From Aulosira sp. ZfuVER01 (GTDB lineage: Bacteria > Cyanobacteriota > Cyanobacteriia > Cyanobacteriales > Nostocaceae): a DNA stretch of 64,000 nt. Shown in pieces: positions 28,177 through 37,364 of the stretch. The stretch's first letter is position 1, and the number at the start of each line of letters is the position of its first letter. The position numbers and the translations under genes are program-made. The stretch spans positions 115,792 through 179,791 of the forward strand of contig JAVRCV020000036.1 in assembly GCA_034530615.2 (NCBI GenBank). The letters run 5' to 3'. The notes beneath the pieces were generated by a model. It had not been told where the DNA came from, ran no database searches, and saw nothing but the letters and a program-made list of their open reading frames with translations.

Positions 28177-31137
28177 ATGAACTCCTCCCAACTAAATAGC
28201 GAACAACAAAAAAGATTCCCCGGATGGTTTGCCCTAGATTTTGGCACATCCAACTCCACAGTCACACTCTTCGATCCCATTGAAGTACCCATCGCCGAAG
28301 TATTACCCAAAGAACAAGAAATGCGATTACGCGATCGCATGGCACAATGGTTGAATTCTCCCGCCGGAATTGCTTTACCAGATGTCAGCGCTAGCGACTG
28401 GGAAAAATTCATTGCTGATATTAGTAAAAATTTGGAGATAGAACCCAGCCGCTTAAGTGAAGTTTTTGAAAGTGATAATAAAGAGCGATTTTTAGAAGCA
28501 CTACGCCAAATTGAATTATGCTTAGGTACAAGCGATCGCTTCCGACGCGCAGTCAGCAAAAAACTTTATCAGATATATCATGAAGTCTTCCGCGTTCCGA
28601 CTCTAGAATCGCAAAATCTTATCCCAGTAGTATTAGATATCGATCGCCGCAGCACAGAAATTAAAAGCGAGTTGGAAATTGCTAAACTTGCTGCTTTAAA
28701 ACTTAAAATGGGTAGGGAAGCCAGCGATAATAGAAAAAAAGCGATCGCCCAAGGAACCAGCAGTGTTTTAAAAGAAATTATTAGCCGCTTTCATCACTCG
28801 CCCAAACGCTATTTTGGTCAGGATCGTTCTTTCCCAGTTATTTTAGATGAAGAAGAACAAACAATTAACGTCAACCAATTAGTTCAAGCAGCTTGGGGAC
28901 ATTTAATTGAGTTAACAGAAGACTACCGCCGACGCGCCAGACGCAGATTTTCGGAAGGGGATTTTCTCTCCGCAGTTGTTACCTATCCCACCGTCGCCCC
29001 GCCTGTTGTGCGTAAGGAAGTTAAGGAATTAGTTGAACAGTTAGGGCTGGATGATGTTCAAACTGCTTATGATGAAGCCGTTTCTGTGGCGATATTTTTC
29101 TTATGGCGAGAATTTGGCGGTAATCTCAACATTGGGATTGAATCTTTCAAAACTCGTTGTCGCCAAGAGGGAAATAAATGGTCACAAAATGTTCTGGTTT
29201 TAGATATTGGTGGCGGAACTACAGACTTAGCATTAATTGAATTAACTTTAGAAGATAGAACTCCCTTCTTTGCCGATAACGAAGATAGAGGTTTAGGGGG
29301 ACGCTACTATAGACTCACACCCAAACTATTAGGTTCTTCTGGGCATTTACAGCTAGGTGGCGAGTTAATTACCCTAAGAATATTCAGGCTTTTAAAAGTA
29401 GCGATCGCAGACTTTTTATTAACAGCAGTCACTAACGGTGATGTAGAAAGTGACAAGTTAGAAGATTTAATTAACTCGGAATTAAACGAACGTTTTCTAG
29501 AGAATGGACAATTCAAAAGCGGCAGTATTTTGAAATGTTTGGATAAAGAAAATCCCGAAGGTGACGCTGCTTATAAAGATGCTTTAGATACGGCTGAGAA
29601 AGTATTACCTACTCGTTGGCAACAAGCACCCCAACGCCTACAAACTTTTTATACTCTTTGGGATCATGCTGAAGCTGCCAAAATCAAACTCGGACAAAAG
29701 CCACCAGAAGACGGTTCTCCCCTAACCTTCAGTCTCTCAGAACAGCACATTTATGAGTTACTAACTCAAAGTGCAATTAAATATCAGGTAAAAGATGCCA
29801 GTAGCATTTGCGTCACCATCGATAGTCAGCAATTCGATCGCGCTGCATCATCAGCCATTAAAGAAGCGATTGGTATAGCCCAAGGTTTGATGGATAGTCG
29901 CTTACGTCCCGAAGATAGCACCATCGATTCTTGGAATACCCACAAAGTTGATTGGCTAATTTTATCGGGTAAAACTTGCAGCCTCGACCTCGTACAGCGC
30001 TACATTTACCAAGAATTTAGCAAATCGCCTTATTTCGTCTGGAATCCCGAACGAATTACCTTTGTGTTGGAATTTACCAAATTAGCCACCTCTGCCGGTG
30101 CTTGCTATGCCGAAAAACTACGTAGATTGAGATTCGACCCTGAAGAGTCAAAAGGATTACTACGTAAGGGAGCAAACCAACTAGAAATTGATGTCAAAAA
30201 CCTGTTTTATTATTTACCCTGCAACTTCAAACGCAAAACCCAAAGTAACGAACTGCTGACAATCTTTAAAGCCGGACAAGAACTTTATCAACTAGCCGCT
30301 GGAGAAAGCGTAGCCAAAGTTCGGACTGAGTGGCAAGGGATACAATTAACTAACATTATTTACCGTCAAGACTACGAAGATGGCGACTTGCGGCTTTGGG
30401 GTAGCTTCGATGGCAAAACCTTGATGGAGAAACTAGGGTTATTAGAAGCAGATTTCTTGAAAAAAATCAAAGTCCAGTTTGAAATCGATCAAACCTTGCA
30501 ATTTAGCGTTTTGCTTTGTCAAGGAAATCCTCATTATTTAATAGATGTTTCTGGGATTGATGTAACTTCAGTCATCTCCGCCGCCTCAAAAACATCTACG
30601 CTATTTGCAGATGGTAAATTAAAGTGGAACATTGCCATTGAACGCCCCAATAAAGACTTAAATGATGGTGATATTGCCATCAACGTAATCGAGTCAGCAA
30701 CCGTCGATCAACCGGATGCTTATCATTTAGTATTTGAAGCCGACAAAGATGTCAGTAAATCGCTGCAAGAATTTCATTATTTACGCGATGGTTCCCCAGA
30801 ACCAGGAACCGGATTAATTAGTAATCCCTTACCTCCATTCCCCAAAAATGGACAACATACTTTTTATGTTGTACAAACAGATGCACAAACCAATACTAAA
30901 AAATGGATACGCATCGGCGCATTAAGTAAACCAGATGTCACCACAGATTACCCTTGCCAATATCGTGTAACTCTCGACAATCAAGGTATTTTGCGAATGC
31001 ACGCCGGGGAAGTACCTTACTGGACATCAAACAAGCAAGAAAGCCTCAAGCAACCTGGATGTGTTTACCGCGCCGAACTAGAGTTGCAACCCAACGAAGT
31101 GGATAAAGAACGCGATCCTTTTTGCGGGATTCATTAG
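28177..31137 (+). CDS. Large divergent Hsp70/actin-fold ATPase (SrfB-like)
   Basis: LDFGTSNS, VVTYPT, DEAVSVA, VLDIGGGTTD, GHLQLGGE, AEAAKIKL, LILSGKT, ATSAGA: the full ordered set of Hsp70 nucleotide-binding-domain motifs. Confidence 0.82.
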   Translation: MNSSQLNSEQQKRFPGWFALDFGTSNSTVTLFDPIEVPIAEVLPKEQEMRLRDRMAQWLNSPAGIALPDVSASDWEKFIADISKNLEIEPSRLSEVFESDNKERFLEALRQIELCLGTSDRFRRAVSKKLYQIYHEVFRVPTLESQNLIPVVLDIDRRSTEIKSELEIAKLAALKLKMGREASDNRKKAIAQGTSSVLKEIISRFHHSPKRYFGQDRSFPVILDEEEQTINVNQLVQAAWGHLIELTEDYRRRARRRFSEGDFLSAVVTYPTVAPPVVRKEVKELVEQLGLDDVQTAYDEAVSVAIFFLWREFGGNLNIGIESFKTRCRQEGNKWSQNVLVLDIGGGTTDLALIELTLEDRTPFFADNEDRGLGGRYYRLTPKLLGSSGHLQLGGELITLRIFRLLKVAIADFLLTAVTNGDVESDKLEDLINSELNERFLENGQFKSGSILKCLDKENPEGDAAYKDALDTAEKVLPTRWQQAPQRLQTFYTLWDHAEAAKIKLGQKPPEDGSPLTFSLSEQHIYELLTQSAIKYQVKDASSICVTIDSQQFDRAASSAIKEAIGIAQGLMDSRLRPEDSTIDSWNTHKVDWLILSGKTCSLDLVQRYIYQEFSKSPYFVWNPERITFVLEFTKLATSAGACYAEKLRRLRFDPEESKGLLRKGANQLEIDVKNLFYYLPCNFKRKTQSNELLTIFKAGQELYQLAAGESVAKVRTEWQGIQLTNIIYRQDYEDGDLRLWGSFDGKTLMEKLGLLEADFLKKIKVQFEIDQTLQFSVLLCQGNPHYLIDVSGIDVTSVISAASKTSTLFADGKLKWNIAIERPNKDLNDGDIAINVIESATVDQPDAYHLVFEADKDVSKSLQEFHYLRDGSPEPGTGLISNPLPPFPKNGQHTFYVVQTDAQTNTKKWIRIGALSKPDVTTDYPCQYRVTLDNQGILRMHAGEVPYWTSNKQESLKQPGCVYRAELELQPNEVDKERDPFCGIH

Positions 31138-31317
31138 GGTAAATAACTCACGCAGAGGCGCAGAGGCGCAGAGAGGAGTTAATGAGAAAGTGATTTAATA
31201 AAACAAAGAGTTTTACTCTCTTAAAGACATCTTCTTCTGTGTACTCTGCGTCTCTGTGGTTTGTTTAAATCTTACCTTCGCGTCAGGTAAAAAACAGGTA
31301 ATCTGGAGGCGGTATTC

Positions 31318-32403
31318 ATGCAGCACCTACGTCAGTTATTAGAAACAGAAAACTCACAATTAGCTCAATTACTCCGGTTTAGCCTGTATGGAATTGCCGC
31401 TTCTTTAAAGCAAGTGCAAACAGAATTTCCTCTCGATCCAGGGGCTAAATTATGCGACGAAGTGCTGCAAGAAATTCACAGCTTATTACAACCTACATCT
31501 CTACAATCTAACTCTACAAATGAATTAAAACTAAGTCGCCTCCGCGAAGAATTCGACGCAGATAAAGAACTCAAATTGTATTTAGGAAATTCCCAATTAC
31601 AAAGCCAAACAGACGCAGAATTATGGAATGAGATTCAACGCAAGCTGCTGCGAGTTCCAGAAGACTTGGCCACAGCTTGGCGACAACGCGCCTTAACTCT
31701 GGCTGAGGAAACTGGTGCAGTAGAAAATACTTCGGATCTCTACCTCCTACCCTTCATCCGAGATGAAATTATTTACCCCGGGCTAAGTGGTACTGTCCAA
31801 GCTAAGGGTTTATGTTTGTCTCAAAAATCACTATCTTTTACAGAAATTGCCCAAGCTAGTGAATCAAAAGATTTAAATTTTCTAGTTGGTTACTTACTTT
31901 TGTGTATAAATTTTATCGAGATAGAACCAGATTTACATCATGCTTTAAAGAGCGTTTTCAGCTTTGATATTGTCTCCTTACACTCCAAGCCAGAACAGCA
32001 AAATCAATACATTGAAGCTTTAACACATCGCTTTCAACGCACACAAAAAGCTGTGGAAAATGCCGATCCAATATCAACTCTACGTGCTTGGATTGACATG
32101 GATGAGGCAATTCATTCTTTAGTATTTGTTCCTCCAGGCGATCGCTATTCTTGGTGGGGTAATTTACAACAAGAATCACGGCGTATGCTGAAAAAATTTG
32201 TAGATGAGGCAATTAAAGCAGGTAATGAAGTCCGAATTCGCCAATTATCAGGTCTTTACGCCGATATATGCGCTTTAACAAAAGATGACTTGCAACTAGA
32301 TTGTGGCGGAAATCCTGGGGAAGTATTGACTTGTCTGCGAGTCTACGCGCGAATTAATCAAGAAGAATCTCCAGGGCGGGTAATATTTCGCTCATCACGG
32401 TAG
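31318..32403 (+). CDS. Hypothetical protein with a GrpE-like C-terminal beta region
   Basis: 361-aa ORF with GGAGG RBS; C-terminus PGEVLTCLRVYARINQEESPGRVIF resembles the GrpE tail pattern (G.V..V.Q.GY..N.RV.RPA.V). Confidence 0.65.
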   Translation: MQHLRQLLETENSQLAQLLRFSLYGIAASLKQVQTEFPLDPGAKLCDEVLQEIHSLLQPTSLQSNSTNELKLSRLREEFDADKELKLYLGNSQLQSQTDAELWNEIQRKLLRVPEDLATAWRQRALTLAEETGAVENTSDLYLLPFIRDEIIYPGLSGTVQAKGLCLSQKSLSFTEIAQASESKDLNFLVGYLLLCINFIEIEPDLHHALKSVFSFDIVSLHSKPEQQNQYIEALTHRFQRTQKAVENADPISTLRAWIDMDEAIHSLVFVPPGDRYSWWGNLQQESRRMLKKFVDEAIKAGNEVRIRQLSGLYADICALTKDDLQLDCGGNPGEVLTCLRVYARINQEESPGRVIFRSSR

Positions 32404-32480
32404 GCTGTGGGGCAATGGTCAGTAATGATTTAAAAGTCTTAATCTGAATCTTGATGATTTCATCTGTAGAATGACTAGCA

Positions 32481-32870
32481 CTACTTGAGCGTTTGCACAT
32501 CAGAATAGTTAAGAATTTTCGCATCCACAGTTAGCAAATAACAATTATAAAATCTCGCTGTAGCCACAATAAGTTGGTCAAACGGGTCACTGTGGAAGCC
32601 GCTTAATTGAGTTGAATCAATTACTATTGGCAGGGACAAATTTAATAGTTGTACACCAGGATAAGCTAAAGCAACTTCTAGCCATTGATCAATAGTCAAA
32701 GGTAGAATTAATCTTTTTTTCTCTACCAATTTGGCTACCTCCCAGCAAGAAAGAATGCTCACTCCTAAACCGTCAGACTCGTAATCTTGTAACCATTGTC
32801 GCTGTTGTTGGGTCAGTCGTGAATCGTTCTGAACCCACCAAACCCAAATATGAGTATCAAGTACAATCAT
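32481..32870 (-). CDS. vapC: PIN-domain (VapC) toxin
   Basis: IVLDTHIWVW, SCWEVA, HSDPFDQLIVATA, LLTVD. Confidence 0.9.
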   Translation of the reverse strand: MIVLDTHIWVWWVQNDSRLTQQQRQWLQDYESDGLGVSILSCWEVAKLVEKKRLILPLTIDQWLEVALAYPGVQLLNLSLPIVIDSTQLSGFHSDPFDQLIVATARFYNCYLLTVDAKILNYSDVQTLK

Positions 32871-33109
32871 TGCAAAACTTCCCAGTCCTCTAAAGCGACG
32901 GGTTCTGTGGGGTCGTCATAACGGTATGGCTGTGTGTTGTGCAAAGAATAAGGATTTGTACCTGATTGGGGTAAATGTTGGGCTTGTTGCTGCGGAGTTT
33001 TAGTTTCCAGAATAATCACTTCCACAGCATCTCCAGCATGAAAGGGTAAACCTTGTAATGTCAGAGTTCCATCTTCACTTAAAACGACTTCTACCTTGTG
33101 AGCATTCAT
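32867..33109 (-). CDS. Putative antitoxin of the PIN toxin
   Basis: 80-aa ORF overlapping the vapC start by 4 bp (ATGA); acidic tail DDPTEPVALEDW. Confidence 0.78.
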   Translation of the reverse strand: MNAHKVEVVLSEDGTLTLQGLPFHAGDAVEVIILETKTPQQQAQHLPQSGTNPYSLHNTQPYRYDDPTEPVALEDWEVLQ

Positions 33110-33146
33110 ATTTCAACACAGTAATCAAGGAATAGATGGGCAAGAA

Positions 33147-34028
33147 TCACAAAGAGCCAGCAATCATCCCCGCCAGTAAGATAAAACCAATCCAGACATT
33201 TTGGCGGAACATCGCACCATAAGCAGAGTTGGGTAAATTGGGCTTGCTTAACTGTAGTGACTGCCAAACCCAGCCAACTGTGGCAATTACTAGGCTAATC
33301 CAAAAAGCAATGTGAAGGTTGATCGCAATACCTAAGCTAGCAAGTAAGGCAATTGTGCCAGCATAGAAAATGCCAATCGCTACAGGGGCGTAATTACCAA
33401 AAAACAGGGCGCTAGAATTAATACCAATGCGTCTATCGTCCTCGCGATCGCTCATAGCATAGACAGTATCAAATCCTAATGTCCACAGTACTGTCGCACC
33501 CCAAAGTAACCAAGTTGGTTGGGAGATATTTTGAGTAACAGCACTCCAGCTAATTAACACAGCAAAACCCCAAGCAATCGACAGCACCAATTGCGGTACA
33601 GGAAAAACTCGCTTCGCCCCTGGATACAATAAAATGACAGGCACAGCTGCCGCAGACAACCAAAAAGTTAAGGGGTTGAGATAAAACGCCAGAACTGCGG
33701 CACAAAACAGCGCTACTATTCCCACACCAATCCCCACTTTAATCGACAGTGTACGGGCAGCTAGGGGGCGATCGCGGGTTCTTTCCACTTCTGGATCGAT
33801 ATCCCGATCCCACAAATCATTGACAACGCACCCCGCCGCACTAGTGGCGAGAGTCCCCAAGATAATTACGCCCACTAAAGGCAAAGGTGGTTTACCTGCG
33901 GCTGCCAAAAAAACTGCCCAAAGTGCAGGAATCATCAAAATTAATCGTCCTTCTGGTTTATGCCACCGCAAAAGCCGAAAAATTACCAGCCACATCGGTT
34001 CTTGGTTGCTTTCTGGGGTTCTAAGCAT
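33147..34028 (-). CDS. plqA: 4-hydroxybenzoate solanesyltransferase (UbiA family)
   Basis: LLRWHKPEG, NDLWDRDIDPEVERTRDRPLA, FDTVYAMSDREDD. Confidence 0.93.
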   Translation of the reverse strand: MLRTPESNQEPMWLVIFRLLRWHKPEGRLILMIPALWAVFLAAAGKPPLPLVGVIILGTLATSAAGCVVNDLWDRDIDPEVERTRDRPLAARTLSIKVGIGVGIVALFCAAVLAFYLNPLTFWLSAAAVPVILLYPGAKRVFPVPQLVLSIAWGFAVLISWSAVTQNISQPTWLLWGATVLWTLGFDTVYAMSDREDDRRIGINSSALFFGNYAPVAIGIFYAGTIALLASLGIAINLHIAFWISLVIATVGWVWQSLQLSKPNLPNSAYGAMFRQNVWIGFILLAGMIAGSL

Positions 34029-34279
34029 AGAAGTGAAGAAAAAATGAAGTAATTACTTGGGCTAGATGAATTAACACATCTTTACATCTATAGAATATCT
34101 TTATTTGCTATTTGTAAAAACACAACCTAAACTGGCATCTTTAGATACATCTAAATGGTCAATTTAGTTGTGAGCAGCAGGGTGAATATTCTGAAATTAG
34201 GTAGAGTTGTCAACTACTCAACCGTAATTACCCCGACACATTAGTTTTTACTATCCTTCTTTAACAGAGAGAAAACTAG

Positions 34280-35932
34280 ATGCTTAGTTTAGTTTCAGCT
34301 AACTGCGTGAGCCTTCCTACTCAAACAGTTAAGCAACACCGGATTATTGCTGCCATTGACCTAGGTACCAATTCTTTGCACATGGTAGTGGTGAAAATTG
34401 ACACCACCCTACCAGCTTTTAGCATTATTGCCAGAGAAAAAGAAACTGTAAGACTAGGCGATCGCGATCTGGCTACGGGTTATCTTAAACCAGAGATTAT
34501 GGAAAAAGCGATCGCGGCTCTAGGACGCTTTCAAAAAGTTGCCGACACTTTCAACGCTGAAACCATCGTGGCTGTAGCAACTAGCGCCGTCCGAGAAGCC
34601 CCCAATGGTAAGGATTTTCTCCATAGAGTAGCAGTTGACTTGGGTTTGAGCGTTGATTTGATTTCTGGACAAGAGGAAGCGCGACGCATCTACCTGGGTG
34701 TGTTGTCGGGGATGGAATTTCACAACCAGCCTCACACGATCGTTGATATTGGTGGTGGTTCCACAGAATTAGTTTTGGGGGATAGTAACGAGCCACGCAC
34801 GCTCACCAGTACGAAAATTGGTGCAGTCCGCCTCACGGGCGAATTAATTACCACCGATCCTATTAGCAACGCTGAGTTTCAGTACCTCCAAGCTTATGCA
34901 CGTGGAATGTTAGAACGTTCTGTGGAAGAAGTGCAGGCAAACCTTAAGTTTGGGGAATCGCCCCGGTTGGTTGGCACTTCAGGTACGATTGAAACCTTGG
35001 CGTTAATTAATGCCCGAGAAAAATTAGGTTATGTTCCTTCCACGCTGAATGGCTATCAACTCAGCCTCAAAGACTTGCGGGATTGGGTAAATCGCTTGCG
35101 AAGAATGACTAACGTCGAAAGAACTGCGATACCTGGTATGCCAGATAAGCGGTCTGAAGTTATACTGGCAGGCGCAGTAATATTACAGGAAGCTATGACG
35201 CTTTTAGGCGTTGATTCAGTAACAATATGTGAGCGTGCCCTCCGAGAGGGTGTAATCGTGGACTGGATGCTAGCCCACGGTTTAATTGAAGATAAACTGC
35301 GTTTCCAAAGTTCGGTTCGGCAACGTAGTGTGCTGAAACAAGCTAGCAAGTATCAAATTAACTTAGAACATTGCGATCGCATTGCTAAATTTGCGCTGAG
35401 TTTATTTGACCAAACTCAAAACAAATTACACTACTGGGGCACAGAAGAACGGCAACTGCTATGGGCGGCGGCGATATTACATAATTGCGGTCATCATATC
35501 AGCCATTCATCTCACCACAAACACTCTTACTATCTAATTCGCAATAGTGAATTACTCGGTTATACCGAAACAGAAATCGAAATCATTGCCAATTTAGCCA
35601 GATATCATCGTAAATCTGCACCCAAGAAAAAGCACGATAATTTCCGTAATCTATTAACTAAACAACATCGTCAAATAGTCAGCCAATTAAGTGCGCTTTT
35701 AAGATTAGCAGTAGCTTTAGATCGGCGGCAAATTGGTGCGATCGCAGGAGTGCAGTGCGAATTCCATCCTAACACTCAAGAAGTTAAGTTGCGAGTTTTT
35801 CCATCTCATTCTGATGATGATTGTGCCTTAGAAATGTGGAGTTTAGATTATAAAAAAGGAGTATTTGAGGCAGAGTTCAATGTTAAATTAGTGACCACTT
35901 TAGAACCTTATCCGATGGTTATTAGCTCATAA
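34280..35932 (+). CDS. ppx: Exopolyphosphatase Ppx/GppA family
   Basis: IDLGTNS, ATSAVREAPN, DIGGGSTE, ALREG, C-terminal HD-like domain. Confidence 0.94.
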   Translation: MLSLVSANCVSLPTQTVKQHRIIAAIDLGTNSLHMVVVKIDTTLPAFSIIAREKETVRLGDRDLATGYLKPEIMEKAIAALGRFQKVADTFNAETIVAVATSAVREAPNGKDFLHRVAVDLGLSVDLISGQEEARRIYLGVLSGMEFHNQPHTIVDIGGGSTELVLGDSNEPRTLTSTKIGAVRLTGELITTDPISNAEFQYLQAYARGMLERSVEEVQANLKFGESPRLVGTSGTIETLALINAREKLGYVPSTLNGYQLSLKDLRDWVNRLRRMTNVERTAIPGMPDKRSEVILAGAVILQEAMTLLGVDSVTICERALREGVIVDWMLAHGLIEDKLRFQSSVRQRSVLKQASKYQINLEHCDRIAKFALSLFDQTQNKLHYWGTEERQLLWAAAILHNCGHHISHSSHHKHSYYLIRNSELLGYTETEIEIIANLARYHRKSAPKKKHDNFRNLLTKQHRQIVSQLSALLRLAVALDRRQIGAIAGVQCEFHPNTQEVKLRVFPSHSDDDCALEMWSLDYKKGVFEAEFNVKLVTTLEPYPMVISS

Positions 35933-36135
35933 TTAACACCGAGAATATTAAAGCCACACTGTTAGGGTTTAGCAATGCTAAACCCTAAACAAAAAAATTT
36001 GGTTTTGCCTAGCTTTTTGTTTAGCGATCGCTAGCCAAATTCCAGATAAAAATCAAGAAAATATCTATTATTTAGCATCATTTGGTACTATCCTTATCTC
36101 TAGATATTTAAGACACAGCGAAGGCGATAAATTCG

Positions 36136-36591
36136 ATGAATTATTGGCTAATGAAGTCAGAACCAGAAGTTTATAGCATTACTGACCTACAATACCAAGG
36201 TCAAACTATCTGGGATGGTGTTCGTAATTATCAAGCTCGCAACTTTCTCCGCGAAATGCAGATAGGAGACTTAGCTTTTTTCTACCATTCAAATAGTAAG
36301 CTTACAGGTATTGCTGGGTTAACACGTGTTATCAAAATAGGTATTGCTGACCCGACACAGTTTGAGCCAAATAGCAAATACTATGACCCAAAGTCAACAC
36401 CTGAATCTCCTCGCTGGCAAACAGTGATTGTAGAATTTGTTGAGTATTTCTCTCAGCCTATCTTGCTATCAACACTCAAAGAGAAGTTTACTCCCGAAGA
36501 ATTAATGTTAGTGCGAACAGGAAATCGGTTATCAGTAATGCCAGTTCCTGAAGTAGTAGCTCAAAAAATTTTGGCAATGAAAAAACTATAA
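36136..36591 (+). CDS. EVE domain protein
   Basis: MNYWLMKSEP, WDGVRNYQARN, FFYHS, RLSVMPV. Confidence 0.93.
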   Translation: MNYWLMKSEPEVYSITDLQYQGQTIWDGVRNYQARNFLREMQIGDLAFFYHSNSKLTGIAGLTRVIKIGIADPTQFEPNSKYYDPKSTPESPRWQTVIVEFVEYFSQPILLSTLKEKFTPEELMLVRTGNRLSVMPVPEVVAQKILAMKKL

Positions 36592-36860
36592 CTGGGTAAG
36601 GAATAAATAATTTTTCTCACCTTATACCAATTCACAAAAATCGTGATACAGATAGATTTTTCGTAGGGGTTTAGCAATGCTAAACCCTTACCCGTGTATT
36701 TGTATCATTATTAAAGTTAAATTTTTATATCAATTTGAAGAAAGAATGCGATAGATGGGTAGGGAACATCCACGTACCCCTGTAGCCTTTGTGCGTAAAT
36801 TCTAATTCCGTAGATTACAAAGAAGCAAATATCATTGAGTAGGCTTATGGAATTATATTG

Positions 36861-36974
36861 CAATACAGTTCAGTTAGGCTGGGATGCATTATATCGTAGG
36901 GAACACCCAAAATATTTTTCACAACTAGACAATCTTACTAGCGCCGTGCCCCTACAAAGATCTGAACCGTATTG
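36861..36974. mobile_element. MITE copy 2 (114 bp, 13-bp TIR, 10-bp TSD)
   Basis: TIRs CAATACAGTTCAG / CTGAACCGTATTG; direct repeat AATTATATTG at 36851-36860 and 36975-36984; interior matches 4098-4209 in inverted orientation. Confidence 0.85.
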
Positions 36975-37364
36975 AATTATATTGTGGTAAGCTGTAGATA
37001 ACTTCAAATATCAAAACGCCTCGATTCACCTAATAGACATGAAGTAGTAGCAAAAAGTGTTGCTGGCAAGCAACAGTGTCAACAAAGAATAATCCAGAAA
37101 TTAGCAAGTTAGCTCAAAGCTTTCTGGCTACTAAGTCTTATTTACAATCCATAATCTACACTCAACTGCCGTTCGCAGTTTTGTAGAGCTTATTCTGAGT
37201 GTCAAACAGGCTAATGATTTAACAACTCTCAGTACCATAATCTTTATTTTCTTGCGGGATAGTCGGCTGGTTTGCCTTTAATCGGGTGGCTCATAACTAG
37301 CTGATATTCCAGCATTTTACTGTGCGTTTAAGTAAAAGTTGCATAATCAGAATTGAGGATTAGT

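Noticed and set aside
28177..31137. Housekeeping dnaK
   Set aside because: The protein is too long and divergent, has large inserts and non-canonical motifs, and has no dnaJ nearby.
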